The notes beneath the pieces are model-generated. The model searched no databases. It saw nothing but the letters and a program-made list of their open reading frames with translations, and was not told where the DNA came from. Made by a program: the position numbers and the translations under genes. A DNA stretch of 58,514 nucleotides, the filler included, from Basidioascus undulatus (taxonomy: Eukaryota): NCBI GenBank assembly GCA_000826855.1. It is 5 parts of 5 records of this genome, joined end to end, with 100 filler letters (N's around TTAATTAATTAA, not from the genome) between each part and the next. Parts side by side here need not be neighbours in the genome. Positions count along the whole stretch, not along the records: positions 35,721 to 43,256 come from JTLS01001534.1; positions 43,357 to 50,886 come from JTLS01001535.1; 3 more parts are not named here. The stretch is one strand, 5' to 3'. Each line of letters starts with the position of its first letter. Within the stretch, counting starts at the first letter, position 1. Shown piece after piece: positions 36,164 to 47,707 of this stretch.

Positions 36164-37801
36164 GGTGTGTGGGCGGACGGCGGAGGGGGAAGGGTTAGGC
36201 AATTTCGGGGAGGGACGCGCGCACAGAGGGTTGACTTCGGACCACCATTATCGCCTCGACGTCGGTACATTTTCGACTTACATGTGCACACAGTCTGCTT
36301 CGACACCTGTTCCTCGTTGCGTCTGCATCGAGGAGTTGTCGACAGCCTATTCGATTTTGACGTTCATTTCCGCCGACGGTCACGCTCCAAGCTCTACTGT
36401 TCGTCATTTCCTTGACCCTCCTATTTTTCCATTTCCGACCGTCTCGTCGGGTATTCCTTCGCAGGTTGTCGGTCTCTTCATCCCGCTGAAGCAAGCCTAT
36501 AGCAGACCAGGGCGTGCTCGGGATTCGCGCTCACCGTGCTGCGTTCGATCAGTTTTCGCCGCCGGTCGGCGATGAGCTTTCGACGATTCACGTGCGTCGG
36601 TTTACGTTGCTACATTCGGATACGGTAATCTGTCGGAGGTGGACTTGGGAAGATCACATGGGTTGGATGAAGAGTCGACCGCCTGGGTAAGCCCTCCGTT
36701 TCTCTTGGAGCCTCCTTTCGTCTTTTCGTCCTCTTTCGATTGTCGCGCGAGGACGAGGGACATGGATATCCTGTGACGCTCTCGTCCTATCGATCGATGA
36801 AGCAGCCCAGCTGGGACCCCTTCCTCCGCGCGGTGTGTGTTCATCCTGGGTGGTTCGCGCTTGTCCCAGTCCGAAAATAACGGTCCAGTGAGGTGATTTC
36901 CACGCGTCAGTTGCTTTTAAAGCGAGATCGGCAGCTGACAAGTCTCCCGTCTTCTGCCAGATCCAGCGAAGCCCTTTTCCACCCTTCCGCTGAACGGGCG
37001 AGCCGAGCGGACGCGTCGAACGTGTCGAACGTATCTCTGACCGCCGCGTGATTACGGTCCCGAAATGGGCCTGCCTGCGGCGCGCGTCGAGGACAGTTTA
37101 GCCGCTCCAACAGATGTGGTGAGACGTAGCCCAGCATAGGCTTTCTTCTTGCCCCGGTGCATCTACCTCGCGTCTTCAGCGACTGCTGGCTTGGGCTGCG
37201 CAATCGAGCGCGAACGGAGGCGCAGCGCGGGCACTCTTCGGTTCCTGCTAACGGGGGCGAATGGCGAGCATGGGTATTCGTTGTTCAGTGCGGAGGGTGA
37301 GTCTCTTCCTCCTCTTCGAGCCGACTGCGGTGACTGACCTCTGCGCTGCTCGCTGCAGCCTAGATCGACGTTGTAGGTCGATTTCCTCACTCTGCTCTGC
37401 CGCAGATGCGCTCTATGCAGATGGGACGGGTCGAGCGGAATCTGGTGCTGGGGCTACCCTCGGGCCGCCTTCCAACTGCCTCCTGTATGATCTCTGCGAG
37501 CTCTGCGCCCCCGCCGAGGGTTGGTCTGCGCCCATACATTCTGATTGTCTCCTCTCAAGCTTTGTCGAAACCGATTTTTCAAGCTGCGAGACTTGTCATT
37601 TCTGTACGGTGCATGGAAGAGGCATTTGAAGTGCCCTGGGAAGTCTTTCAAGAGTCCTTGCTAAGAATTTCTTGAGGCCGACGTCGGTTTGTCGCCCCGT
37701 CCTTGCTTCGACGCGTCCGTCATCCCCGCTCCCCACCCCTCTCGCCTCTCGCCCGCTTCGAAAATACACCTCCTCGCACTTTCTCCTGCCCTCACCCCCA
37801 C

Positions 37802-39913
37802 ATGTCTGCACCCGCATCGGCGTCCAGCAGCGGGCCCGTCCGAGAATGGACGCACCCGCCCCCTGCAGAGCTGTTCGGGCCCGAGGGCCACCCGCGCGAG
37901 GACTGCTGGGAGCTCCCGTATGTGTGGGCGGCGCTGCAGCGGTTCGTGCCGAAGATCAAGACCGTTCCTGGTCTCACAAGCGTCATGGAGTGCGTCGTCT
38001 TGGTGCTGAGGAAGAGGAGCGAGCGGGCTGCTGACGCGTGGGGTGACCTCGCACGACGCGTCGCGGTGATAGCCTCGAGGAGGCACTCGTAATACCACCG
38101 CCTGCGCCTCAGCCCCTCCTCATTGGCGTGCTCCAGGCGCTGCTCAAGGTCTTGCGCCCCACGGTTAAGACCTTCACAGAGTGAGTCGCGCTTTCCCCCC
38201 TATCAGTTGGACTCGGTCGGAGTTGCCTGCGGGTCAGTTCGCGGGGTCTTCTCGCTTCATTGCGGTCCATTCCGCTCATATGAGACGCGTCTTGTGGACG
38301 TGCACGACGCGTTTGACGCGCTTGGGATGGAGGATGTCCATCACTTGAGGTGACTTAGGCTCTACTGAAGTTCGGGGCACTCTCTGCACGCTGCCATCGT
38401 CTGGTCATCATCTGCGGTCGGATGCTGATCCACACTGTCACGTATCTTCCCCCAGCCCCGAGGACATCAACCGCATGATCCACAACATCCTCGCGACGAT
38501 CAGGGTATGGCCTGATCCCGAGGGCGACGAGGAGTCCTCGAACCCGATGGACGGGGGCAAGAGCTTCTGGGAGTTGGGTTGGAAGGGGAAGGTACGCTGG
38601 TCTCTCCGCTGCGGCTGCTTGGGGTCATGCTGTTCGCTGAGGGTCTGATGGATCGGCCTGCGTATAGGTCGTCATTCTCCGGCACCTTGTCGACTGTGCG
38701 TTGACGACCGACTCGGTCAAGAGCTTCATCGAGAAGGAGTACCACGTAACTCAGCAGGTGTGACTTCCTTCCGCCCTGCCCGACCGCATCCCTTGTTATG
38801 CGTCTTCACCCCGCCTAACTGATTTCATGTCGTGTACATAGGAGAAGTACAAGAAGCGGAAGGACGACCCGGAGACGAACTCGATCCTGCTCCAGCCGGC
38901 GGGCGAGGACTCGAAGCGGCGGCGGATCTGGCTGATCGACGACCGCCCGCGCATCTACGCCTCGGGCAACCCGTGGAAGAAGACGACAACGATGACGGCG
39001 CTCACGTCGACGCTCGACGACGTGCGCCAGTTCGCGGCGAACTTGCGCGCGAGCGCGGACGACATCGAGCGCCGCGCCGAGGGCCAGACGAAGAAGGTCA
39101 TTTCGCAGGCGCAGAAGGACGCGAAGAAGGAGCGCGACCTGGCCGACAAGCTCGATGGCGCTGGGGACCCCGAGAGCGGGTTCTTGGGCAAGTGCGAGAA
39201 AGAGGAGGCGGTACGTCTATGTTTAGTGCCGTTGTGCTGGTAGGGCGGGCAAGCGGGAAGGAAGACGTTGCTGAAGCGGACGGGTCTGGATGTTCGGTGG
39301 TCCGACAGCGCCTGGTCAAGGCTCGCAAGAAGGCCGTCCAGACCGCGCAGCTCATGGCCCAGGCGGAGCTGCGATCCACGAGGACACGCCGGCAAACGCA
39401 CAGGCCGGACTACGTGTATGACGACCCGGAGGACGGAGATGACACCGTGCGCAACCTGCATTTTCTCTTTTCCTTTCTTTCTTCGGGACTGACCATGTCC
39501 AGCAGGGCGACGATTACATCGGCGAGACTGCAACTTACACGGACGAGGACGAGGCCGGCCCGTCCAACGGGCGCGGCGCCATCCTTGGCGAGCGGCGCTC
39601 TGCGCGCGTCTCAGCCCGGAACGTCTCTCCCGCCATCTCGGGCGGCGGGCGCTCGACACGCTCGTCCCTCCGTAATCGGACCGACATCGACGACGGGACG
39701 GCGAGCGCGAGCACGCGCGGCACGAGCCCGCTCAACGGCGAGGACGAAGAGGGCTATGCTGGTGGTATGGACGTCGATGGAAATGTGGCGGATGGTTCGG
39801 CGCCCGTCAACGGGGCAGGCAGTACGGATGCTGGTGCGGGTGCGGTGGGAGATGCGGGCGCATTTACGCCGGACGCAGGCGGGCGGCAGCAGCAGATGGA
39901 GCTGGCATCTTAG
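37802..39913 (+). CDS. Probable DDT/WHIM-domain chromatin protein (Ioc3/RSF1-like ISWI accessory)
   Basis: Spliced product: WELPYVWAALQRF...LEEAL (DDT-like), SFWELGWKGKVVILRHLVDCAL (WHIM1-like), QPAGEDSKRRRIWLIDDRPRIY (WHIM2-like G.D..RR.W), coiled coil, RSTRTRRQTHRPDY, and an acidic/Gly-rich tail ending MELAS*. The gene is well supported; the family call is from motif recall. Confidence 0.7.
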
Positions 39914-41466
39914 ATGGGACACGACATTCATCTTGCGCAATATCTACCTGCCTTCTTGCCTCTGTGATTGCCGCTGGTTGCTCGCTGTCTTGCACTGCGT
40001 GGTCGGACCGAGGGTCGCGCCATCCCGTGCTGATGCAGACGCAGTGCTGCCCCCAGGTGGTTGATCGTGGTGGCGCTTGGCAGTCTGTGAACTTGTGCAA
40101 TTGGTGATGACATTTCCCTGGCTCCAAACCTTGGCAACGAGTTTCTCAAACAACCTTGGCTCGCCGACGGAGTGTGAAAGTGCGCCGTCTGCTTCAAGAA
40201 CTCCTGTCGCGTCAAGTCCACGTCAAGGTTGCAAGGTGGACGGACCTCTTTTGGGCTTTCTATCCTACTTCCGTTGACCAGAAGATGTTCTCAATTTCGA
40301 TGGAGCGGAAAGCGTGGTCTGCCAGAGCGTCTCTCGCAGCGAAAGGCTCCAGCTGCAGGCGTCAGGCAAGCTGTAACGGGCTTTTCAGAACTGAATGTTG
40401 AATGATGCTATACAGAGTATAACGGGGCTTTTTCGAAGAGGGAGCAGCACACAAAGGAGAACAGCACGGGGTGCGCTTGCATGGTAATCGCTAGGTGCAT
40501 CTCGTGGGATCTACGCGGTGCGCATGTAGTCTGAGGTCTACATGGGGACCCTCATAACGTCCGCTGGTTTTTCGCTCGCACCAGGGATAAATACGGAATC
40601 GCCGGACGTTCATGATTTCGTAAATCGCAACCTTATTCCTGCTTTCACGCACTTATACTGTGTCGGATTCATTCAGAAAGGATATGGTTGAGGAAGCTCA
40701 TAATTACGTCCAGGCTCGGCTGTCGCAGCCGCAACATGACCCGGTGTGGACAGCTCTCGAAAACTTCATTGATCAGTACTTGATGGAGTTTCAGCAGCTG
40801 CCAAAGAGATGGATATCTAGGCGAGGTCTTACGCGGCTATGCATATCTTTGGGCACACCGTTTTATGTTCTACTGCTGCGAGACGACTGCGATCGCGGAT
40901 GCATAAACTTGCAAGCTTCATGAGACGCTTGGTGTGCACGACGAAGTTTATGGGCGCAGCTTTTGGGTACTACTACCACCGGTTATACAAAAACATATGA
41001 AACAAGAATGCAGCGAGAACACGCAAGAAGCACGGTCCGTCGTTGCATGTCGACTGGCACTTCCCGACGCATGCGGTTTCGCGTCTGTGTTACCCTGCGC
41101 GTCGCGTTTCGTCCTGATTGAGTTAACATTCCACGTTCCCTACGCGGACATGTTGCAACACTCGAAGGGTTTTCGAACCAGTCTCCCCTCGTTCAGAACC
41201 AAACCCGCTTGGCGTCCCCTTCGCCCTCCCGCTCGCCATCCATTGCATTTGCCTCATGGCTCTGCAAATCGCACCTTGCTCGAACATAGACGGAGCGTTC
41301 CGAGTACCCTTGGAATTATTTCAAACAATAACGAGGTCTGCAGCACATATAAGCCACTCTCACCTCCCTCTTCGTCCTCTACATCCCATCAGTCCCCGCG
41401 TGCTTCGTAACAACCAACCCGTTCTAACGCCCCGCCGTTCTTCGCGCCATACTTCCAACTGCCGTC

Positions 41467-42095
41467 ATGCAGCTCTCTACCCTCATTATCGCGGTGCTTC
41501 CCACCCTCTCCATCGCCCTACACCTTTCGTCTCCCTTCGACTCGAACGCGCTTCTTCCGCGGCAGCCGCCGCTGTCAGTCCCCGGCATCCCCGACCGATG
41601 CACCGAGTCCTGCAGGTCGTATCACGTCGAGGCTTCTGTAAGCCCCTTGCCATCATAGAATGTTTGTGCTATTAGGGAAACACCTAATGTGGAGTGGATG
41701 TAATGGGCAGGCGTGCGGCTGGAAGTCCGGCTCGCAACTGAACGACTGTCTTTGTGCCCTCGGCAAGTCGGACACCCTCAAGAACTGCATGGCCTGCTTG
41801 GGGAACAATGATCTCGCCGACAAGGACCACCGTACATGTGGGTGATTTTCCCGACTCGCCGCTCCCTCTCGGTTTTCGTGCTATTCCAGATCTGCGCTGA
41901 CCAGGTCGGGAAGCGTCAATAGTCCAGGACGCCTGCAACGGCAACGGTCCGAACCGCAAGCTGGACGACGCTACCCTGAGGTTTGCATTGGGGAACGCCA
42001 ACGGAGAGGACAAGAGCATGAGGGGGCTGGCGCTGGCTGTGACCACAATCATGGCTGGGGCGGTGGTGGTAGTGGTGGGAACGCTGGCGGTATGA
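41467..42095 (+). CDS. Small secreted 8-Cys CFEM-like protein with C-terminal hydrophobic anchor (GPI or TM), 3 exons
   Basis: Signal peptide MQLSTLIIAVLPTLSIA. Cys pattern PDRCTESC-x9-C-x10-CLC-x10-CMAC-x16-C after splicing. Tail GLALAVTTIMAGAVVVVVGTLAV*. Confidence 0.7.
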
Positions 42096-43256
42096 GAAGG
42101 AAGCTTCCCTTGTAGAGCTATTTCGTCTTTTAAGTCCCTCGAGATGAGTGCATGCAATTCAGTCCAAGCTTTTCTGTCGAAAGAGCAGGAGCCGATACTT
42201 GACAAGGCATATTGGCCCTACCTATCACTACCAAACTGAACTCTTGACGATCTTAAATGTGCGCAGGGAACCCTAAGGCACGTTGTTCAAGTGGGACTCT
42301 TGAAGCGTGGCTAGGCTGTCGGACCTCAGGCCTCAGCGCCAGGGCCAGGACGAGGTGGTTCGTACTCGCGGAGCACGAGGGTTCTTAAAGAGAACCAGGG
42401 ACCCCCTATGTAAGCCTGTAACTGCTTCGATAGAGAGGATTTTGTTGAGACCCCCGGCGAACTTCCACACCCGCCCTGCTGGCATTACTTCACAGTAACT
42501 TCAGTACTTCACTTCGACAGGTGAAGAGCAGGGAGGAACCTTCTGATCCTCCACGACCAAGGTTTAGCAAGTATTTTATAGCAGGAATGTTCACTCTCCC
42601 AAGCGGAGATGCAACCATGTGTTCCCCAGCGCACTGTCATTGATGACCACCAACCCACTTGAGCTATCCTGAATCGTCTGCGTCAGGCCAACAGTGCACC
42701 TTTCCGATAGTTCCACAGCCCGCTTGGACATGCCCCCTTGAAGTAGACTTCTATCTCCAATGCCGAGTTCTCGCGTATTCACTCGACTGGCGGAGTGGGG
42801 CGAGCGTGCACGCCGCCGGCGAGGCGGTTGCGATACCGTTGCGATGCATTTGTTGGGTGGTTCAGGTAATAGGCTGAAGTGAAAAGCTAGTTCAATCCCT
42901 CTAAACACAGGTTGCCTTTCCAATTTACTAATGTTCTGGCTCGCGATTATCTGCAAGGTCACATTCATCGCGATGCAACGTTGCACTGGCGGGCTGGCAG
43001 CTGGTCGCCAGCGGCGCGTGCCACGAAGCGATTGGTCGCAGACAGAGGCGCGCCGCTTCATGATAAACATCGATATCGGTCACTGTTCTCTGGGATAGCA
43101 TTGTTCAGACTCTCTATTGAAGTATGGATGAGAGCAGTCGAGTCGAGACTAGTTTCTTGGTAGACTGCACTTACGTTTACGACGCGTCTTGCCACCTCTT
43201 AGGGCATTCCTGCCATCGTCGGTCGATCATCGTCGCCAAGTTTATTGAGGAATGGA

Positions 43257-43356
43257 NNNNNNNNNNNNNNNNNNNNNNNNNNNNNNNNNNNNNNNNNNNN
43301 TTAATTAATTAANNNNNNNNNNNNNNNNNNNNNNNNNNNNNNNNNNNNNNNNNNNN
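43257..43356. other. Artificial contig-join spacer
   Basis: 44 N + TTAATTAATTAA + 44 N. Confidence 0.99.
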
Positions 43357-44033
43357 CCTCCGCGGGGCCGGTGGGGGAGGAGGAGGAGGAGGAAGAGGGG
43401 GAGGCGGCTTCGAGGGAGCGCTGAGAGAGGCGCAAGGCGGCCGTGTCGGGCTTGGTGGTGGATTTGGTTTGGGACGAGGGCGGTGCGGGTGCGAGGTTGG
43501 AGGAGGAGGAGGAGGAGGATGGGGCGGCGGCGGTGGTGGATGAAAGGTGGAAGACGGGCCGCTTGAGCTTGGACGTGAAGCGCACGCTGTCCGTTGAGAA
43601 CCGGCCGATCACACCCTCGCAGTAGCCCTGTATTTAAATCAATCCATCCACCAACCCATCCGGCGATTCCCATCAGCATCGTACGCGCTCATGAGCAGCA
43701 CAGAGAAGCCAGGGAAGCCGGCACGCACGAGGAAGACATCGACGCCCTCGACCTGCCCGAGCTTGAGCAGCACAACGATACGGTCGCCAGTCATGAACAT
43801 CAACTGGTCGCCGCTCGACGCCGCGCAGTCCTCGATGGCCACACACGTCCCCAGCCCGCCCTTCTCTATTGCCCCGCGCGCCCACATTAGCCCATCTCGC
43901 CCTCCAGCCGTTGCCATCCATCCACCATCCACGCACCAGCAAACCGCGTCCACCGCGCCAGCTCGCGCTGGTCCAGCGCCGGTCCGCCAGCCGCGCTGAG
44001 CGGGGTCGCCGTGGATGTGCTCGCGCTCGCCAT
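43357..44033 (-). CDS. 5' part of a protein with an N-terminal SH3-like domain (in my recollection typical of basidiomycete Rab-GAP/TBC proteins), truncated at spacer
   Basis: Spliced: ELARWTRFAEKGGLGTCVAIEDCAASSGDQLMFMTGDRIVVL...FLGYCEGVIGRFSTDSV, fitting the SH3 pattern AL.D......L.F..GD.I.V...G...G.F...V. A Ser-rich stretch follows. No TBC domain is visible in the window. Confidence 0.75.
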
Positions 44034-45489
44034 CGAGGTGCTTCTTTCCAACACCGATTGACCGAGCTCTCCGCACAATAGGGAGCGGATGGAATGGAAA
44101 TTAGGTATTAGAGCGCACACACGCGCGCGGAATTGGTAGTGGGAAGGGATGGAGGAAAGGAGGTGAGGTGAGGGTGTGGTACGAGCTTGAGGAGCAGCAG
44201 CAGCCTGAGCCCAGGCGGAGCAGCACACCAACCGTGAACGCGCGGGGTTTGTAAATCTCAACTTTTCTCGGACGTTGTTCGTCTTTCTCGTTCCGTTTCT
44301 GCCACACATCCTCAACCCCTATATGCTCTTTGTTAAAACGCTCTCCGTAGACTTTTACCTTGCCACCCGACAGAGCAACACTCCATCCCTTGGGACGAGC
44401 AAGAGCGCGCCCAAGCCACCCACCGGCCGGCCGTTGCAGAGGCGGCAGCGGCGGCAGCGGCGATGCCCGAAGTTGCGCTTCTTGGGCCAGAAGTCGCTCC
44501 GCCAACTCTCCTCGACCGCTGAGCGCCCGCTGTGTTTGATCGTCGGCCTCGTTGGTGCCGTGGTGCTTGTTGGTGGGGTGGAGATGGTGCTGTATTGGTT
44601 GATCGACGCGATGTGAGGAGGTGGAAGGGGTATATTTGCTGTTGCCAAGAGCGATTTCTTGCAGCGATTACGAGTGCGATTGGAGGGGGAAGTTGATCGG
44701 ACTCGTGCAGCAAATTAAAAGACATACCTACAGGTGGTGCACAAGTTCTGACCTGTGTACGTTTGTAGCTGTACAGCTTGCCTGAGGAGTCGAGGTAGAT
44801 GCGACGATTGTACTAGTAGGCCATCGGATTAGATGTCCATCGTCCTGCCGTCTCGGCTCTCCCGCAACCCGCTCACAGCACGGCTTTTTTTTAAACAAGG
44901 GGACTTTTGGATGGGGACTTGCTCAAGATCGATTGAAACGAGTAAAAAGACAAAAGATGCCTCACCGGTGTGCGGATCGCAGCGTTCTAGTATGGGTGCA
45001 CGACCGACAATGAAGCGTGTCCTCGGATGGCAGCACACAGGATACACCCGAAGAGAGGAAATGGTGTGTCTTGACACAAGTAAACTGGAGGTCAAACTCC
45101 AGTGCGCACAGTCCAAACCAAGCCCGTTTGTCGTGCTCCGGTCGACCATCTCACAAAACCGGTTGAAAGATCATCAAGTGCCTCTTTATTCTTTCAGAAG
45201 CTCCATACAGACCGCGACGAAGCTATGTGAGTGAGGAATGTCGCTCTCGCACAGGATCGTAATTTCGTGTTGTTTGCCTTTGCGGCCCTGCAGCATGTTT
45301 TGCAATGTCAGTAAGAGTATTTAAAGTTAAAAGTGTTGGGAACCATCATAAGGCCACTCATCCTCACACTGCACGCACCCGTCGGCACCTTTGCTCGACC
45401 CGTGAAAGTGTGAAAGCTTTGTTATCCCCACTGCCGTCTGTCAGGGTGTGAGTTTTTCCAGTCGAACCCAGGCTCACCGTTTCCAAAGA

Positions 45490-45810
45490 CTATCTCATGT
45501 AGCCTTCGACCCGGAAATAGACTCAGTGACACTTCAAAATGCGCACTAAACTGTCTACGAGATCAACCGCCTCGCCTCCGCCGCCGGCAACGCTGTCGGA
45601 TCAAGGTGCTCATTTGGACGGAGTGTGGACTCCATTGGCTTTTTGTACTTTTTAACCTTCCACCGGAAGTTGATGGATGGTATGCAATGCTGCACAGTGG
45701 GATTGTCCTGGTACCTTCCCATTCGGGCAAATGTTGTCTCAGGTCCATTACCGTAAAGGGGAAACAAGCAAAGGATTTGGAAGACTGAACGACATAGAGG
45801 ACTTTCGGTA
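45490..45810 (-). mobile_element. Decayed Ty3/gypsy integrase (rve core) fragment
   Basis: Ordered remnants across frameshifts: LCR/FSLPN (cf. CRFGLP), GNGPE (cf. DNGP.F), SIAYHPSTSG (cf. STAYHPQT.G), KVKKYKKPMESTLR (cf. KVER.N.T.E..LR), LPAAE (cf. LP.AEFAYN), HEIVFG (cf. PFE.VFG). Confidence 0.7.
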
Positions 45811-46368
45811 TGTTGATTTTGTTCGAACCAGTTCCTACATGAACTACTTCGAGTAATTCCTACATGAACTACATGGACTGATCGGTACAAGTGTGACTTG
45901 GACGAGGAGTAAGTGCACCTCAAGCTTCATCGCGTTTTGATGCCTGTGAGCGCAGGTAAGTTGCGTGGTACGCCACTGCCGATCCCGCAACTTGAACCAA
46001 GCACTGCGTTGCATATGAAAGACCTGGCGTCTTCTCCGTGTGTCAGTATCTGTTTCCTTCCATCTTGCTTATAGTGTGCAAATGTGCGGGAGGCAGCTCT
46101 GTATTTCCTACTCGCTCCAGGATGCAGGTTCTGAGAAGCTTTTCCGCTACTTGGAGCTCTAGAGGAGAGCCTCAGCCGGTTAAAGGAGGAAATGAAAAGA
46201 CGGCGTACACTGAAGATCTGGGCTGAAAAGAGGGTGGTATTGCCGTTCCGCATCCACGCGCAGAAAACACGTTCAACGGTCCGCCGGCGCCCAGCTCGAC
46301 TTCTTAACCGCCGCGGACTCTTGCGCCCTTGCCCACCAACCACCCTCACACTCAGCAACCGGGCGGCC

Positions 46369-47707
46369 ATGGTAGTCCTTCTCGACCCCCCCAACGAACT
46401 GCTCAGCAAAATCGTCCAGATCGCCGCAAGGGGCCCGACCAAGCGTGGTTCAGCTGCGGACCGTCTTTCGCCTCTTTCCCTGGTCTTTCGCCGGCTCCAC
46501 GTCCTCGCTGAGCCCTTCATGTAACGATCGCCACCCCTTGCTTACAAAGGCGGTTTCAATGGGCTTCGCCTCCTTAACGCGCTCCATCATCACCCGCCCT
46601 GCGCTTGCGACTCACGTCTGACACCTCGATGCTCACTTCAGCGCGCTCGAAGAGGACAATCCAGAGCATGAGAGGGATACCGCGCCGTGGGACCTGAAGT
46701 GCCTGGTGACAGCAGCAACCGCTCGCGGTCTCCGCAAGTTGCTGTGGTCCTCGCCCAAGCAGGTCACCTTGCTGCTCGACTTCCTCCCGTCTCTGACGTC
46801 TATCGAGCTCGACCCGCCTCGAAACGGCAGACTTGTCATTGACGCGGCCATGCACGGCGGCCTGCACGGCGCTCTGCCGCAATGCCTCCAGTCGCTGGGC
46901 GAGCTAACTCTCCATTGTAATTGGGATGGAGGCAGCTTCGATCTCCACACTGTCGTCCCATGCTTCGCCTTTCCTTCTCTCGGCTGCCTTATACCGCACC
47001 AGGTTGATGCAGCAGTCTGGGAGTTCGAAGGACAAAGCAGCCGGGCCGCCCGGCTCCTGGACTGTCACCGACCTGACTTTCCTACGCATGCCATAGACAG
47101 CCCGAACCTCGCACGTATTCTTGCCATCCCACGGGCCTCAGGCTCTTTGAGTACGAGTTCGTGCCAGTCCGTCCCGGCGCTGCCACACTCGACGCCCATC
47201 GGCTCGGTGAAGGACTGCGCACGCACGCCCGGCACTCGCTCACGTACCTCGTCATCTCTAGCGATTTGACGACAACATCATCACAGGAACGCTCGGGTCT
47301 CTTCACAGCTTCGACCAGCTCAGAAGCCTCGCCCTCCCACTCAGTTTTCTGGTGGATCCGCCGCCGTCTCGCCTCGGAGGAGGGGCAGTATATGGGCTGC
47401 GTTCTGCTTGGTTTCCAACTTCTTGGGCTTATGAAGACGTGTTACACAAATCTTGCGCTTGCTTGAAAGAACTGAGTCGATTGCTGGCGCCTCCCATCGA
47501 AGCGCTCTTCCTCCACAACCTCCTTCTCAACGAGGAGACGGGGTACTAGACGCGGTGGGTGAAACTTCAGTGCGAAGCCGAAGAAAGACCTGCAGAGACC
47601 TGGGGAACAGATTAGAGCGTTATCATGCATGGGTTTACGAACGCGTCAACGGCTGGAGGAATGCGTATGAGGCCTGCAGACCGAGACGAACGTCTAGGGG
47701 CTTTTAA
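46369..47707 (+). pseudogene. F-box/LRR-like pseudogene
   Basis: MVVLLDPPNELLSKIV...LSLVFRRLHVLAEPFM*RS: TAA at 46522-46524 falls where the Tyr of LYR is expected. LATHV*HLD has TGA at 46619-46621. LRR-like pieces follow (LPSLTSIEL, LQSLGELTL) with frameshifts. The 3' limit is approximate. Confidence 0.65.

Noticed and set aside
36560..37530. Coding-like minus-strand stretch between RIB7 and the WHIM-like gene
   Set aside because: Multiple stops, no consistent splice model and no recognisable domain. It may be a decayed gene but cannot be supported.
40100..40923. Exon-like fragments (e.g. KDMVEEAHNYVQARL...)
   Set aside because: No start codon or complete gene model could be built and no family was recognised.
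42317..42519. Possible solo LTR (TGTCG...CGACA)
   Set aside because: Only a 5-bp terminal inverted repeat, no target-site duplication (TAGGC vs GGTGA) and no second copy in the window.
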